Shown here: in pieces, positions 23,343-33,284 of the stretch
How the letters are laid out: each line of letters starts with the position of its first letter
How positions within the stretch are numbered: the first letter of the stretch is position 1
Source: Candidatus Multivoradales bacterium
Lineage (GTDB): Bacteria; Acidobacteriota; Thermoanaerobaculia; Multivoradales; J023
Direction of reading: 5' to 3'
Assembly (NCBI GenBank): GCA_965250305.1
Contig: CBDFNS010000019.1
Span: forward strand, 326,088 to 390,087
DNA length: 64,000 bases
Made by a program: the position numbers and the translations under genes
The notes under the pieces: generated by a model
What the model was told of the DNA's origin: nothing
The model's input: only the letters and a program-made list of their open reading frames with translations
The model's database searches: none

Positions 23343-24433
23343 ACCTGCAGGACGCCCTCAAAATCGACGACCTCGAAGCGTGCGCGCGCGCGCGCCTGAC
23401 AGCGCAAGCGTATGGATACATCGCAAGCGGAGCCGATGACGAGTTCACCCTGAACGAGAACCGTCGGGGCTTCGCACGGTGGCTCTTTCGACCGCGTGTT
23501 CTCGTTGATGTCTCGGAGATCCACACCAACGTCGAGCTTTTTGGGCACGAACTCACCCTGCCCGTTCTTCTCGCGCCCACAGCATTTCAGGCTCTATCCC
23601 ACCCAGAAGGGGAGCTTGCAACCGCGCGAGCGGCAGCGGCGGCAGGCACAGCCTTCGTTGCCAGTACCCTCTCCTCCTTCGCCCTCGAGGAGATCGCAGC
23701 GGTAACCTCAGGGCCGCTTTGGTTTCAGATCTACGTCGCAGCCGATCGCGGCATCACCGAAACCCTGGTTCAGGGAGCCGCGGCAGCGGGATACGAAGCG
23801 CTCTGCGTCACGGTTGATGCCCCCGTACTGGGCCGGCGTGAGGCCGACGAACGAAACGGCTTCCAGTTGCCCGAAAAAGCAGTGCCTCGCAACTTCCTCC
23901 GATTCCTCGATCTCTCCGCCGCTTCAGAAGCCCGAGGCGGTTCGGCGCTTACCCGGCTGATCAACCAGCTCCTCGATCCCACCCTCTCGTGGCGGGATCT
24001 CGCCTGGCTCCGCCGCCTCACGGATCTTCCGTTGCTGGTCAAGGGCATCATGACCGCGGAAGATGCACGCGAAGCCGTGGCCCAAGGCGTCGACGGCATT
24101 GTGGTGTCCAATCACGGTGGCCGACAGCTGGACAGCGTCCCTGCCTCGATCGACGCTTTGCCCGAAATCGTCGAAGCGGTCGAGGGACGGTGTCCTGTCC
24201 TGCTCGATGGCGGTATCCGTCGGGGTACCGACATCGTCAAGGCCCTGGCCTTGGGTGCCGATGCGACACTGATAGGACGGCCTTATGTCTGGGGCCTCGC
24301 GGCAGGCGGCGAGGCCGGGGTTCGCCACGCCTTGAAGCTGCTTCATGACGAATTACGGACCGCGTTGGCTCTTCTCGGTTGTCCCAAGATCGCAGATCTC
24401 GGGCCGCACTTCCTGCGTCGCGGCGACTCGTAG
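23339..24433 (+). CDS. FMN-dependent alpha-hydroxy-acid oxidase/dehydrogenase (glycolate oxidase / L-lactate oxidase family)
   Basis: 364 aa TIM-barrel. …AYGYIASGADDEFTLNENRRGF… and a C-terminal FMN-phosphate binding region (SNHGGRQLD, LLDGGIRRGTD). The start ATG overlaps the stop of the upstream kinase (ATGA). Confidence 0.8.
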   Translation: MNLQDALKIDDLEACARARLTAQAYGYIASGADDEFTLNENRRGFARWLFRPRVLVDVSEIHTNVELFGHELTLPVLLAPTAFQALSHPEGELATARAAAAAGTAFVASTLSSFALEEIAAVTSGPLWFQIYVAADRGITETLVQGAAAAGYEALCVTVDAPVLGRREADERNGFQLPEKAVPRNFLRFLDLSAASEARGGSALTRLINQLLDPTLSWRDLAWLRRLTDLPLLVKGIMTAEDAREAVAQGVDGIVVSNHGGRQLDSVPASIDALPEIVEAVEGRCPVLLDGGIRRGTDIVKALALGADATLIGRPYVWGLAAGGEAGVRHALKLLHDELRTALALLGCPKIADLGPHFLRRGDS

Positions 24434-24692
24434 AATAGCCCTCCAAACCAAATCGCCCGCGGCACCAATCGGTAGCCGAGTTTTTTCGCGCTTCTTCGCC
24501 GGATCGATATCGATCTGGCTGAGGAGACTCGAGTGTCCGGTTGTCGGTGTGGTGGTGTGCTGCACTTCGCGCGGTATCGCCGCAAGCCTCGTGGTGGTCC
24601 GGCAAATCTCTCGCGAGATTGCTGTTTACGCGAGAGCTTGTGCTGCTCTTTAGAGGGTTGGCGAAGGGGCTCACCCGTCCCAGATTGGAACC

Positions 24693-26441
24693 CTACCGCG
24701 AAACGTCCACCACCGGGGTCAAATGATCGTCGATCCTGGCGGTACTCGGATCCGTTTCCGAGTCCTCGTCGGTGTCTCCCGTGACGGCGTGCGGCGCCCG
24801 CTCGCCATCACTCAGGCGTCGAACGACCACGATGGTGCAATCGTCGTCGACCCGCTCACCGGGTGAAAAGACCTTGAGCGAAGCACTGACGTCGGTGAGC
24901 AGCTGCGCGCCGGTGGCTCCGGGGCTTTCCGCGACCACGGCTTTGAGCCGCTCGATCCCATATTCGTGATCATCGTCGTCCGTTAACTCGGTAATGCCAT
25001 CGGTGTAGAGCATGATGGTGTCGCCGGGCGCCAGGGCAATTCGGACATTGGCGAATTGGGCACCTTCGATCATGCCAACAATCGGGCCGGTCGACACCAG
25101 CTCCCCCATCGTGTCGCCGCTGCGGTGCAAACCAGCGTTGTGGCCGCCGTTGACGTATTCGAAGGTATGGGTCTCGGGATCGAGCTCGCCATAAAAGAGG
25201 GTGGCGAACTTGTTGTACGGCGAGTTCTCGATCAAGACTTCGTTGAGCTGGACTGCCAGCTCAGCCGGCGAGCTGGCACGGTTTAACAAGGCCCGAACCG
25301 ACGCCTGCATGACCGCCATCAACAGCGCGGCGCCGATCCCCTTGCCGGAAATATCAGCCACCACCACGGCCATGCGGCCGTCGCGCTTGGGAATGAAATC
25401 ATAGTAGTCGCCGCCAATCTCGAAACAAGAGCGGTTCAAGCCGCAGATGTCGTAGCCCGGAAATACGGGGTCGCCCGCGGGGAGCAGCTTGCGCTGAATC
25501 TGCGCACCCAACGCCATCTGTTGCTTAAGCCGTTCCCGCTCGAGCTGCAAGGCCAACAGCTGCGTATTCTCGATCTTGACGGCCGCCATGTTGGCGACGA
25601 GACCGACCAAGCGGAGGTCGTCTCGACTGAAGACTTGCCCCGAGAGCCGGTGATCGAGATACACGAGACCGATGACCTCGCGGTTGTTCCACAGCGGGAC
25701 GCAGATAATCGATCGAATGCCCTGCATCATAATGCTATGGGCCTGGTCGAACCGATCATCGGTCTGCGCGTCGACGGTCAAGATCGCTTGGCGGTTCTCG
25801 AGCACGGTGTCGATGATCGTGCGGCTGATGTCGACGTCTTCACCCCGGTCGTAGCCGTGAACGGCATCGATTTTGAGATCACCATCGCGCTCCAGCAACA
25901 GGGCCGCACGCTCGGCCGGCACGGCCCCCAAGATCAGGCTGAGCACCTTGTCGAGCAGCTCGTCGAGCGGCAGGTGCACCAGCAGCGCGGACGCTGCGGC
26001 GTTGAGCGCCGGCAGCAAGCTGGCACCAGGTGTTTGCTGGCCCGCTACGGTGTCGGCCTCACGGTAGCGATCAAAGCTCAGTTCCTCCGAGCCCAAAATC
26101 ACGGTCCCTTGGGCCAAGGGTTCCGACACGTCCGAAACGTGCAAAGCACCACCCGAACGCAGATAGCACAGCTGAATATCGCCGATCACGATGCGATCAC
26201 CATGACGAAGGAGATGTTCGCCCCGCAACGGATGGCCGTTGAGATAGGTCCCATTGCGACTACCCAAGTCGACCAGATAATTCTCCCCCTTGCGATCCAC
26301 GATGTGGGCATGGACCCGGGACAACCAGGGGTCCTGGAAATGAAGGTCGTTGATGGTCCCGCGACCAATCGAGAAACGCTCGTTGGTCAGCTCGATTTCG
26401 TACGGCTCCCGCCGAGCGGTGTGAACGCGAATGAATGCCAT
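24693..26441 (-). CDS. PP2C-family (SpoIIE/RsbU-like) serine phosphatase with N-terminal FHA and central GAF domain
   Basis: FHA: FSIGRGTINDLHFQDPWLSRVHAHIVDRKGENYLVDLGSRNGTYLNG. GAF region. C-terminal PP2C motifs (GGDYYDF…, DISGKG, LYTDGITE). Confidence 0.8.
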   Translation of the reverse strand: MAFIRVHTARREPYEIELTNERFSIGRGTINDLHFQDPWLSRVHAHIVDRKGENYLVDLGSRNGTYLNGHPLRGEHLLRHGDRIVIGDIQLCYLRSGGALHVSDVSEPLAQGTVILGSEELSFDRYREADTVAGQQTPGASLLPALNAAASALLVHLPLDELLDKVLSLILGAVPAERAALLLERDGDLKIDAVHGYDRGEDVDISRTIIDTVLENRQAILTVDAQTDDRFDQAHSIMMQGIRSIICVPLWNNREVIGLVYLDHRLSGQVFSRDDLRLVGLVANMAAVKIENTQLLALQLERERLKQQMALGAQIQRKLLPAGDPVFPGYDICGLNRSCFEIGGDYYDFIPKRDGRMAVVVADISGKGIGAALLMAVMQASVRALLNRASSPAELAVQLNEVLIENSPYNKFATLFYGELDPETHTFEYVNGGHNAGLHRSGDTMGELVSTGPIVGMIEGAQFANVRIALAPGDTIMLYTDGITELTDDDDHEYGIERLKAVVAESPGATGAQLLTDVSASLKVFSPGERVDDDCTIVVVRRLSDGERAPHAVTGDTDEDSETDPSTARIDDHLTPVVDVSR

Positions 26442-26452
26442 GGCTGGCGATC

Positions 26453-27031
26453 CTACCCTGAGCCAGCACTCAAATTCGTCGGGAGGCGTCGGAAGAACGA
26501 TATGTGCGTCGTGCCGTACTGTCGCCGGTCGGCCAAGACCAGGCCGGCGGGTGGTGAAATCTCCGCGGTCGGCTCGGCCTCGCTGGCGTGCTCCAAGGCC
26601 AATTCACCATCCGATACAAGCCAGTGTTCGGTGAGATCGAGAAGGCGATCGTAAGCAAGAAATCGATACGGTGGATCGGCGAAGATCAGGTCAAATCGTT
26701 GCGCCGGAAGTCGTTCCAAAGCCTCGGGTAAGCGGGCTCGGATTACCTGAAACGTCGACTCACCAGCCACGGTATCGCGCAGCGCTCGGGCGAGCGGTGC
26801 CGAGCCTTCGATCGCGGTCACGGACTTCGCACCGCGACTTAGCGCCTCGACCCCCACAGCACCGGAGCCCGCAAACAGATCGAGAAACGAACCGCCCACC
26901 ACTTGATGCTGCCAGATCGAGAACAACGCTTCTCGAACCCGACCTTCGGTGGGACGGACCCCCTTGGCCGGCACGGCCAGCCGACGTCCACGCCAGGTAC
27001 CACCCGCAATCCGGATCCCGCGTCCGCTCAA
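26453..27031 (-). CDS. rsmD: 16S rRNA (guanine966-N2)-methyltransferase
   Basis: …IAGGTWRGRRLAVPAKGVRPTEGRVREALFSIWQ…LDLFAGSGAVGVEALSRGA…DPPY. The start is probably the TTG at 27031; the longer ORF upstream looks spurious. Confidence 0.75.
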   Translation of the reverse strand: MSGRGIRIAGGTWRGRRLAVPAKGVRPTEGRVREALFSIWQHQVVGGSFLDLFAGSGAVGVEALSRGAKSVTAIEGSAPLARALRDTVAGESTFQVIRARLPEALERLPAQRFDLIFADPPYRFLAYDRLLDLTEHWLVSDGELALEHASEAEPTAEISPPAGLVLADRRQYGTTHISFFRRLPTNLSAGSG

Positions 27032-27693
27032 GGACTCGGATCCGCTTCGATGGCGACGTACTCCGCAGGCAACGCCTCGATCGCAACGATTCGGCGAATG
27101 GGCTGCTGAAGCCCCTGCAACTCGACACCACGTCGATCCTCGGTAACCCACAGCGCTCGCCAGCGCTGGCCCTGACGGTCGATGAGAACATCGCCGTAAC
27201 TTGGCATGTAGTCTCTTGGCAAGTCCGAACGGTAGGTGGGCGCAACACGAATAGCCAGGCGCTCAGCGATCGCGATCAGACGACCGAGTTCGAGGCTCTG
27301 GGTGTCGTACCGACCGAAGGAATAGACCACAGGGCCGCGACCCGGCAGTGTCAGCCGCATCTCGCATGACTCGACCCAGTCGCCACCGACACCCGTCATG
27401 ATACGGCGACGATCGAGCGCATTGTCGGTCGGGTCTTCGGTCAACAGATGGTCGAGCCACTGATTGAGTTCCTCCGGTGTCAGCTCCACCAGATTCATCT
27501 GATCCTCGTTGTCCACGCGCTCACGCAACCGGAGAGTGCCATTGCCGAAAAGCGTGATGTCGCGGCGTCCAAGTCCACTCTCACATCGGTACGTAAGACG
27601 CTCCACGCTTCGGAGGTCTTCAGCGCTACTAGGAGTCATCGAAAGGGCCAGAAGACTCACCAACAAGAACAAGGAGGTCCGATTGAGGTTCAA
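27028..27693 (-). CDS. secreted hypothetical protein
   Basis: Probable TTG start at 27693 giving signal peptide (M/L)NLNRTSLFLLVSLLALSMTPSSA. The rest of the listed 297-aa ORF overlaps the upstream phosphatidyltransferase gene and is discounted. Confidence 0.4.
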   Translation of the reverse strand: MNLNRTSLFLLVSLLALSMTPSSAEDLRSVERLTYRCESGLGRRDITLFGNGTLRLRERVDNEDQMNLVELTPEELNQWLDHLLTEDPTDNALDRRRIMTGVGGDWVESCEMRLTLPGRGPVVYSFGRYDTQSLELGRLIAIAERLAIRVAPTYRSDLPRDYMPSYGDVLIDRQGQRWRALWVTEDRRGVELQGLQQPIRRIVAIEALPAEYVAIEADPSP

Positions 27694-28349
27694 CCCGGCA
27701 CGTCCTGTCGCTCCGCCGCGACCTGCGCCGCCAGGTCGCCATAGCGGAACACAAAGCGATAAATGTATTCGAGTCCCGAGGCAACGGTGAATCCGACCAC
27801 CATCATCACCATCAGCTCCGATGCCACCTCCGCGAAGTCTGCAGCCGCCATCTGAGCCTGACGCATCGCCCACGCCATCAGGACCACCGCTGCGCCCATG
27901 ATCTGAAACGCTGTATTCCATTTGCTCAAGCGTAGTGGGGCAAAGCCCGTAAAGCGAAGCCGGAGGTAAATGATGAGCGCTCCGATCACGATAAAGAGGT
28001 CACGCAACAGTACCAGTATGAAGACGTAGAAAGGAATGCGTTGGGGCAGGTCGGCATTCGGCCAGGAAAGCACCAGGAAGGCGGCGGTCAACAGCAGCTT
28101 GTCGGCTGCGGGGTCGAGGTAAGCCCCGAGACGCGACTGCTGGGCATAGGAACGCGCGACGAACCCATCGAGTAGGTCCGTCAACCCAGCTATGACAAAC
28201 CACGTCAGTGCAGCCATGGCCCGGCCCTGGAATACAGCCAGGACGAAGAGCGGAATGATTGCCAGTCGCAGTCCTGAAAGGAGATTGGCCCAGGTCAACG
28301 TCACGGTAGGTCGCTCCGGAGGGCGATGGCTGAACGCAAGCAGGGACAC
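27690..28349 (-). CDS. CDP-alcohol phosphatidyltransferase family protein (PgsA-like)
   Basis: 219-aa membrane protein with the family motif D(L)LDGFVAR…G…LDPAADK. Confidence 0.7.
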   Translation of the reverse strand: MSLLAFSHRPPERPTVTLTWANLLSGLRLAIIPLFVLAVFQGRAMAALTWFVIAGLTDLLDGFVARSYAQQSRLGAYLDPAADKLLLTAAFLVLSWPNADLPQRIPFYVFILVLLRDLFIVIGALIIYLRLRFTGFAPLRLSKWNTAFQIMGAAVVLMAWAMRQAQMAAADFAEVASELMVMMVVGFTVASGLEYIYRFVFRYGDLAAQVAAERQDVPG

Positions 28350-28363
28350 CTGGTCGACCCAGC

Positions 28364-29719
28364 TTACTCTCCGAGTTGATCCAAAGTGTGGCGGAACAGG
28401 TCGAGCGCTTCCTCACCCGTGATCCGCGCCGTTGGTAGACAGTCCCCGGCATCAGTAATGAGGCCGCACCGCGATGCGGTCTCACAGATGAGCGAGGTCG
28501 AGCGATTGAGGTCGATGGCACTCGCGCTCTCCAAACAGGCAAGGGGCGTAGGCGCACGCGCGAGCAGGGTCAAGAGTGCGCCCAACACCCGTCGTCGCTG
28601 TACCGCAGAGTCGGGACGGAATCGATGGACCGTTTCGTCGACCCTGAGCAATCGCAGATTCACAACCCGTACGATCTCGTTTCGTTGCTCGTGATGAAGA
28701 ATATCCGTGGCGATCGGCGGGTTGCGAAGCTCGGCGTAGCGGACTTCGGGCACCAACCAGTACAGCAAGGTCGCGAATTCCGCCCTGCTGAGTTTGGGCA
28801 CTGTTCGGAGCTTGCTCACGACCGGTGGTAGGTTGCTCAGGCGCCACCGGAAGCGGGCACGCTCGACGTCCTCGAACAGCGATTGGTCGTCGGGAAAACG
28901 CGCCATGAGACCCTCGTACCGTTGGAGGCCGGCCTGCAGGTCGCCGGCCTCCACGTCGAGCGCAGCCAGCCGCTCGAGCGCGTCGCGGCGGTCGGGATCG
29001 AACGTTAGCAAGGTATCCAACGCCAAGCGTTCACCAGCCGGATCGTTGAGCGCAACAGCCAGCCACCAATTCGCTTCGGCGGTTCCAGGGTCTGTCGGCG
29101 CCCAGCGTTCGAGTATGGTAAGCGCTTCAGCACCACGCTCGACGTGGCCACGAGCGAGCGCATCATCGATGCGATTCAGCTGAACCTCGACGGCGCGGGC
29201 TTGCAGATTGTGCGCCCGATCCGACCAATCGGAGTTCATCTCAGCGGCGGCCCTAAACGCCTCGAAGGCCGCGACCGGCTCGTCCGCTGATTCCGCTGCA
29301 AAGCCCCGTACCACTTGAGCCGCCAGGTACTCCGGCAGGCCTTCGGCAACCGGCGACACCAGTTCCAAGGCGTCGTGACCGCGATCGTCCAACAGGGCAA
29401 GCTGGGCTTGCAAGACAATCGCGGGATGAAACGACGGTTCCGCCGCGAGCAGTGTCTCGACGCCAGCGACCGCGACTTCAGTGGCCCGCCTTAGCCGCAG
29501 GGCATCGAATGCGTCCTGCAGCGCCGAGAGCCGCGGCGCGGCAGCGGCAAGTGGATAGCCTTCGGCGGGAGCGATCAGAAACGGTAAGTCGAGCGGGCGC
29601 ACCACCGTGGTCGGTGGCACGACCGGTCTGCTGCTACACGCTACCAGCAAACCCACCGCCATGAAGGCGGTCAGGGTCGAGACTCGGCAAAGACGATGCT
29701 GGAAGCGCGCGGGCGTCAC
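28364..29719 (-). CDS. lipoprotein with TPR-like helical repeats
   Basis: N-terminal signal with lipobox (LLVACSS). Ala/Leu-rich helical repeat architecture. No catalytic motif recognised. Confidence 0.45.
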   Translation of the reverse strand: MTPARFQHRLCRVSTLTAFMAVGLLVACSSRPVVPPTTVVRPLDLPFLIAPAEGYPLAAAAPRLSALQDAFDALRLRRATEVAVAGVETLLAAEPSFHPAIVLQAQLALLDDRGHDALELVSPVAEGLPEYLAAQVVRGFAAESADEPVAAFEAFRAAAEMNSDWSDRAHNLQARAVEVQLNRIDDALARGHVERGAEALTILERWAPTDPGTAEANWWLAVALNDPAGERLALDTLLTFDPDRRDALERLAALDVEAGDLQAGLQRYEGLMARFPDDQSLFEDVERARFRWRLSNLPPVVSKLRTVPKLSRAEFATLLYWLVPEVRYAELRNPPIATDILHHEQRNEIVRVVNLRLLRVDETVHRFRPDSAVQRRRVLGALLTLLARAPTPLACLESASAIDLNRSTSLICETASRCGLITDAGDCLPTARITGEEALDLFRHTLDQLGE

Positions 29720-29729
29720 AGGAAGGGAT

Positions 29730-29948
29730 TTACGGAGTCGCGGGGCTGGCTTCCGTGATCATGGCGATGGCGTGTTTGTAGACCAAGAACTCAGCCTGCC
29801 CAGTGTCAACCACGACGGCGAAACGATCAAAGCGCTTGAGCCGGCCTTCGAGCGTTCGACCATTCACCAACTCGAAACTCATGTGACGAGCTTCCTTCAA
29901 GCTCTGAAAGAGAAAACCGTCTTGGATGTTGATGTTATGCCTACTCAT
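29730..29948 (-). CDS. hfq: RNA chaperone Hfq
   Basis: MSRHNINIQDGFLFQSLKEARHMSFELVNGRTLEGRLKRFDRFAVVVDTGQAEFLVYKHAIAMI. Sm1/Sm2 motifs. Adjacent to miaA, the classic arrangement. Confidence 0.9.
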   Translation of the reverse strand: MSRHNINIQDGFLFQSLKEARHMSFELVNGRTLEGRLKRFDRFAVVVDTGQAEFLVYKHAIAMITEASPATP

Positions 29949-30876
29949 TCAGCCACTTCCTCCTCCGTGTGCGCAGGTGGCTGAGCAACCACGGAAAGCG
30001 CACCGGCAGATCCGACACTGGGAACCAGACGACCTCATCTCTTCGGCGGAACCACGTCTCTTGGCGCTTGGCATAGCGACGAGTAGCCCTAATGGTTGCC
30101 TCGATGGCCGTCTCGAAATCGATCTCACCCCGAACAAACGACGCGATCTGCCTGTAACCGATGGCCTGGAAAGCAGGAACGTCGGGTCCCACACGTTCCA
30201 TCAGGGCTTTGACCTCTTCGACCCACCCTCGATCGACCATCTTCCAGACACGATCGGCGATGCGATCGTACAGGATGGTTCGCGGCAGCGTCAATCCGAT
30301 GCGGAGGGCTCCCAAGCGGGCGTGGCCGAAGGGTTGCTCCGCAATCCAAGAAGACAGGGTACGCCCACTCGATCGCCACACTTCCAGGGCACGTTGAACG
30401 CGGTGGGAGTCGCCCGGGGCGAGCCGTTTTGCCGTCACCGGATCAACGCTCTCGAGCTGTCGATACAACGCGCCGAGCCCTTCTGACTCGAGCTCGACGG
30501 TCAAGGCCGCACGGGTCGCTGGATCGGTTCGTGGCAGTGGGCTGATCCCGTCCAACAGCGCACGTAAGTAGAGACCGCTACCCCCCACCACGATCGGCAA
30601 CGCCCCGCGGCCCTCGATCTCGCCAATCAGCGGCCAAGCAAGATCCGCAAACTGACCCGCCGAGAACGGTTCCTCGGGCGCCAACACATCGATCAAATGG
30701 TGACGGGCCCGAGCCTGCTCAGATGCCGATGGTTTGGCCGTGCCAATGTTGAAGCCGCGGTACACCTGAAGGGCATCCGCATTGATGATCTCACCACCCA
30801 AGGCTTCCGCGATCCGGATCCCTAATTCGGTCTTCCCCGTTGCAGTGGCACCCAGCACGACGACGCATCGCAGCAT
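29941..30876 (-). CDS. miaA: tRNA dimethylallyltransferase
   Basis: P-loop VVLGATATGKTELGIRIAEALGGEIINADALQVYRGFNIGTAKP. Full-length 311 aa. Upstream of hfq. Confidence 0.9.
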   Translation of the reverse strand: MLRCVVVLGATATGKTELGIRIAEALGGEIINADALQVYRGFNIGTAKPSASEQARARHHLIDVLAPEEPFSAGQFADLAWPLIGEIEGRGALPIVVGGSGLYLRALLDGISPLPRTDPATRAALTVELESEGLGALYRQLESVDPVTAKRLAPGDSHRVQRALEVWRSSGRTLSSWIAEQPFGHARLGALRIGLTLPRTILYDRIADRVWKMVDRGWVEEVKALMERVGPDVPAFQAIGYRQIASFVRGEIDFETAIEATIRATRRYAKRQETWFRRRDEVVWFPVSDLPVRFPWLLSHLRTRRRKWLNE

Positions 30877-30891
30877 TGCCCGAGCATATCC

Positions 30892-33135
30892 TCACCAAGG
30901 AGGTCGTGTGATCTCGAGTGCTCCGTTGGCGGCGATCTCGATATGTACGGCACCGCCCAGATCGGTCCGCAACAGGGGGATCCCCAGGGTCACAAGCCGC
31001 TCACGTACGACCTTCGCCGGGTGCCCAAAGCGATTCTTCCGACCGGCCGAGGCAATCGCCAACCGCGGCCTCACGGCGGCGAGAAACGGACGGCCGCTCG
31101 AGCTGGCACTGCCGTGGTGTGCCAGTTTCAGAACGTCGGCCCGAAGGACATCGCGAGGCCGACCCAGTGCCATTCGCTCCCCCATCTGCTCGAGATCGCC
31201 AGTAAGTAAAAACCTACGTTCGTGGACCGACGCTCGGATCACCAAAGACCGATCGTTGCGACTTAATGAATCGCGGCGAAGATCAGCCGGAGATGGATGG
31301 ACCACCTCCAAGCGCCACCGGCCTACGCGTCGCTGATCGCCCGCGTACATCAGCTGAACGGGTACCCCCGGCACCTGCTGCAGCCCCTGAACGCAAGGAT
31401 CGTCGTCGGACCAGCCGGGCGCCATCAAGATACTTCGGGCTGGAAGATAGCGCGCGACCGACACCAGGCCCGCGCAGTGATCGAGGTCCGGATGGGTCAG
31501 AACCAGGGCATCGAGGCGACGGACACCGAGTTTCGCCAGCGCGGGCACTAGGACGGACCCCGCAATATCGCCACGAGGCCAACCGCCACCATCGATCAAC
31601 ACCGATCGTGTCCCATCTCGGACCAGTACGGCATCACCCTGCCCAACGTCCAGGACACCGAGAAAGGGATCGGGTCGCATGGGTGCATGAGGCAACGCTA
31701 AAAGTATTGTTGCCAAAACCAAAGCAGTTCCAGGTCGCCAACGAAATCCCCACGAGGCAACCAGAACAAGCAACCCGACCGTCCAACCCCAGGACGGCGA
31801 CACAACCCAAGTCCAATAGGGGCTTGCAGGCACCTCAGCAAGCCAGGTCACAGGCAGTAGCAGATGCTCGATCAACGGCAACGCTCGCTGGGCCGTCGCC
31901 GGTAGGGTGAGGGCAAGCCATGTCCATATGCCGACCACCATCAGCGTCAGGACCAACCACGGCGCCATCAGGAGGTTGAGCAAGGGGGCCATGGGCGAGA
32001 CGATTGCGAACCGCGGCACGATGAGAGGCAACGTAGCGACCTGGGCCGCGAGGGTCGCCGCCAAGCCCATCCGAATGGACCTTGGTAGCCACGACATCCG
32101 CGCCGCGAACGCGGGCCCAAACACCAGAATCGCGCCAGTCGCCACGACGCTCAGCTGGAAACCGAAACGCTGGAGCATTTCCGGACTGCCAAGAGTCAAG
32201 ATGATGATGGTTATCGCGAGCGCGTTGCGCGGCGTGGGCGGTCGTTCGGTGCCCAGGGCGAGGAGGACGAGAAGGGTCATTCCCGCCGCGCGTAGCGCTG
32301 ACACCGGCATACCGGCGATACCAACGTAGCCAAGAACGAACGTTGCGCCCAGGACGAGGCGTGGCAAGCGACCGAGCCGCGACGAGAGCCACAGGATCCC
32401 GGCGGTCAACAGACCGACATGAAGTCCCGAGACCGCGGTGACATGGGCCAAGCCTGCTCGCCGCAACCCGATCAAAAGCGGCTCGGCCAGCGCGCTGCTG
32501 TCACCGAGAACCAGGGTTCGAATCAATGCCGGCCCCTGCCCCTCTTGACCGAGCAGGCACGCCTCCACCGCCATCCGACAGCGAATCCAGGGCTGGCGCC
32601 AGGCTGGCGATGGCCGCAGAACGTCCATGAATCGCGGGCTCTCGATCCGCAAGCGCCAGGTACCGGGTCGACGAGCAGTTCCATTGTTGGGTGAAACCGA
32701 TCGCCGCAGGAAACCTCGGACGCGCAAACGGGCTCCCGGCCCGTACTGCCCAGCCTCGGCGGGCAAGCTGATCAACGCGCTGGCCCGCCATCGATGGAGT
32801 TTCCGCGCCTGTTCGACGGCACGGACGCGAGCCCAGACGGTGACGCGGCCAGCGCCAAAGGTGTCGTCTGTCACCGGAAATCCCGTCGTCTCGACGAGCG
32901 CTAATACGGGACGATTCGGGTCAAATGGCGTGCTTATGGACGGGCCCACAAGCATACCGGCCCAGGCCCCCAAGGCGGCCCATGCGATTATCCGACCCCT
33001 GGCACCAAGAGCGAGCCCCAGGGCCAACAGGGTTGCCAGAGCGCCCGAAGACAGCACCATGCCAGCGCTCGCGACCCAAACACCAACGATGACACCCAAG
33101 CACGGAACCCCCGCAGGGGTGATAGATCTTCCCAC
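30892..33135 (-). CDS. comEC: DNA internalization-related competence protein ComEC/Rec2 with C-terminal metallo-beta-lactamase domain
   Basis: 747 aa. Polytopic competence domain followed by MBL motifs (DAVLVRDGTRSVLIDGGG; LTHPDLDHCAGL; KLAHHGSASS). Confidence 0.85.
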   Translation of the reverse strand: MGRSITPAGVPCLGVIVGVWVASAGMVLSSGALATLLALGLALGARGRIIAWAALGAWAGMLVGPSISTPFDPNRPVLALVETTGFPVTDDTFGAGRVTVWARVRAVEQARKLHRWRASALISLPAEAGQYGPGARLRVRGFLRRSVSPNNGTARRPGTWRLRIESPRFMDVLRPSPAWRQPWIRCRMAVEACLLGQEGQGPALIRTLVLGDSSALAEPLLIGLRRAGLAHVTAVSGLHVGLLTAGILWLSSRLGRLPRLVLGATFVLGYVGIAGMPVSALRAAGMTLLVLLALGTERPPTPRNALAITIIILTLGSPEMLQRFGFQLSVVATGAILVFGPAFAARMSWLPRSIRMGLAATLAAQVATLPLIVPRFAIVSPMAPLLNLLMAPWLVLTLMVVGIWTWLALTLPATAQRALPLIEHLLLPVTWLAEVPASPYWTWVVSPSWGWTVGLLVLVASWGFRWRPGTALVLATILLALPHAPMRPDPFLGVLDVGQGDAVLVRDGTRSVLIDGGGWPRGDIAGSVLVPALAKLGVRRLDALVLTHPDLDHCAGLVSVARYLPARSILMAPGWSDDDPCVQGLQQVPGVPVQLMYAGDQRRVGRWRLEVVHPSPADLRRDSLSRNDRSLVIRASVHERRFLLTGDLEQMGERMALGRPRDVLRADVLKLAHHGSASSSGRPFLAAVRPRLAIASAGRKNRFGHPAKVVRERLVTLGIPLLRTDLGGAVHIEIAANGALEITRPPW

Positions 33136-33284
33136 ATCTCACTAAGACGGCAGGCCATCGCACAATCTTCGCTGGCGTCGACTTCTGCTGCCCGAAGCTC
33201 CTGGCGAACCCGCCCACTGTGATGCTGCGACCGGAGCATCCTCAAGACGAGTGCGAACGAGGCTCCGCCTCAGACCGACGACTC

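Noticed and set aside
24597-24620. Imperfect palindrome ggcaaatctctcgcgagattgc in the convergent intergenic region after the oxidase gene
   Set aside because: The stem is imperfect and no U-tract follows. It could be a weak bidirectional terminator or operator, but the evidence is too thin to call.
25521-26654. 377-aa plus-strand ORF overlapping the FHA-PP2C phosphatase and rsmD
   Set aside because: It is antisense to two well-supported genes and spans their intergenic gap. No motifs.
27694-27921. N-terminal 76 aa of the listed 297-aa ORF (27028..27921)
   Set aside because: It overlaps the well-supported CDP-alcohol phosphatidyltransferase gene in another frame. The signal peptide begins at the TTG at 27693.
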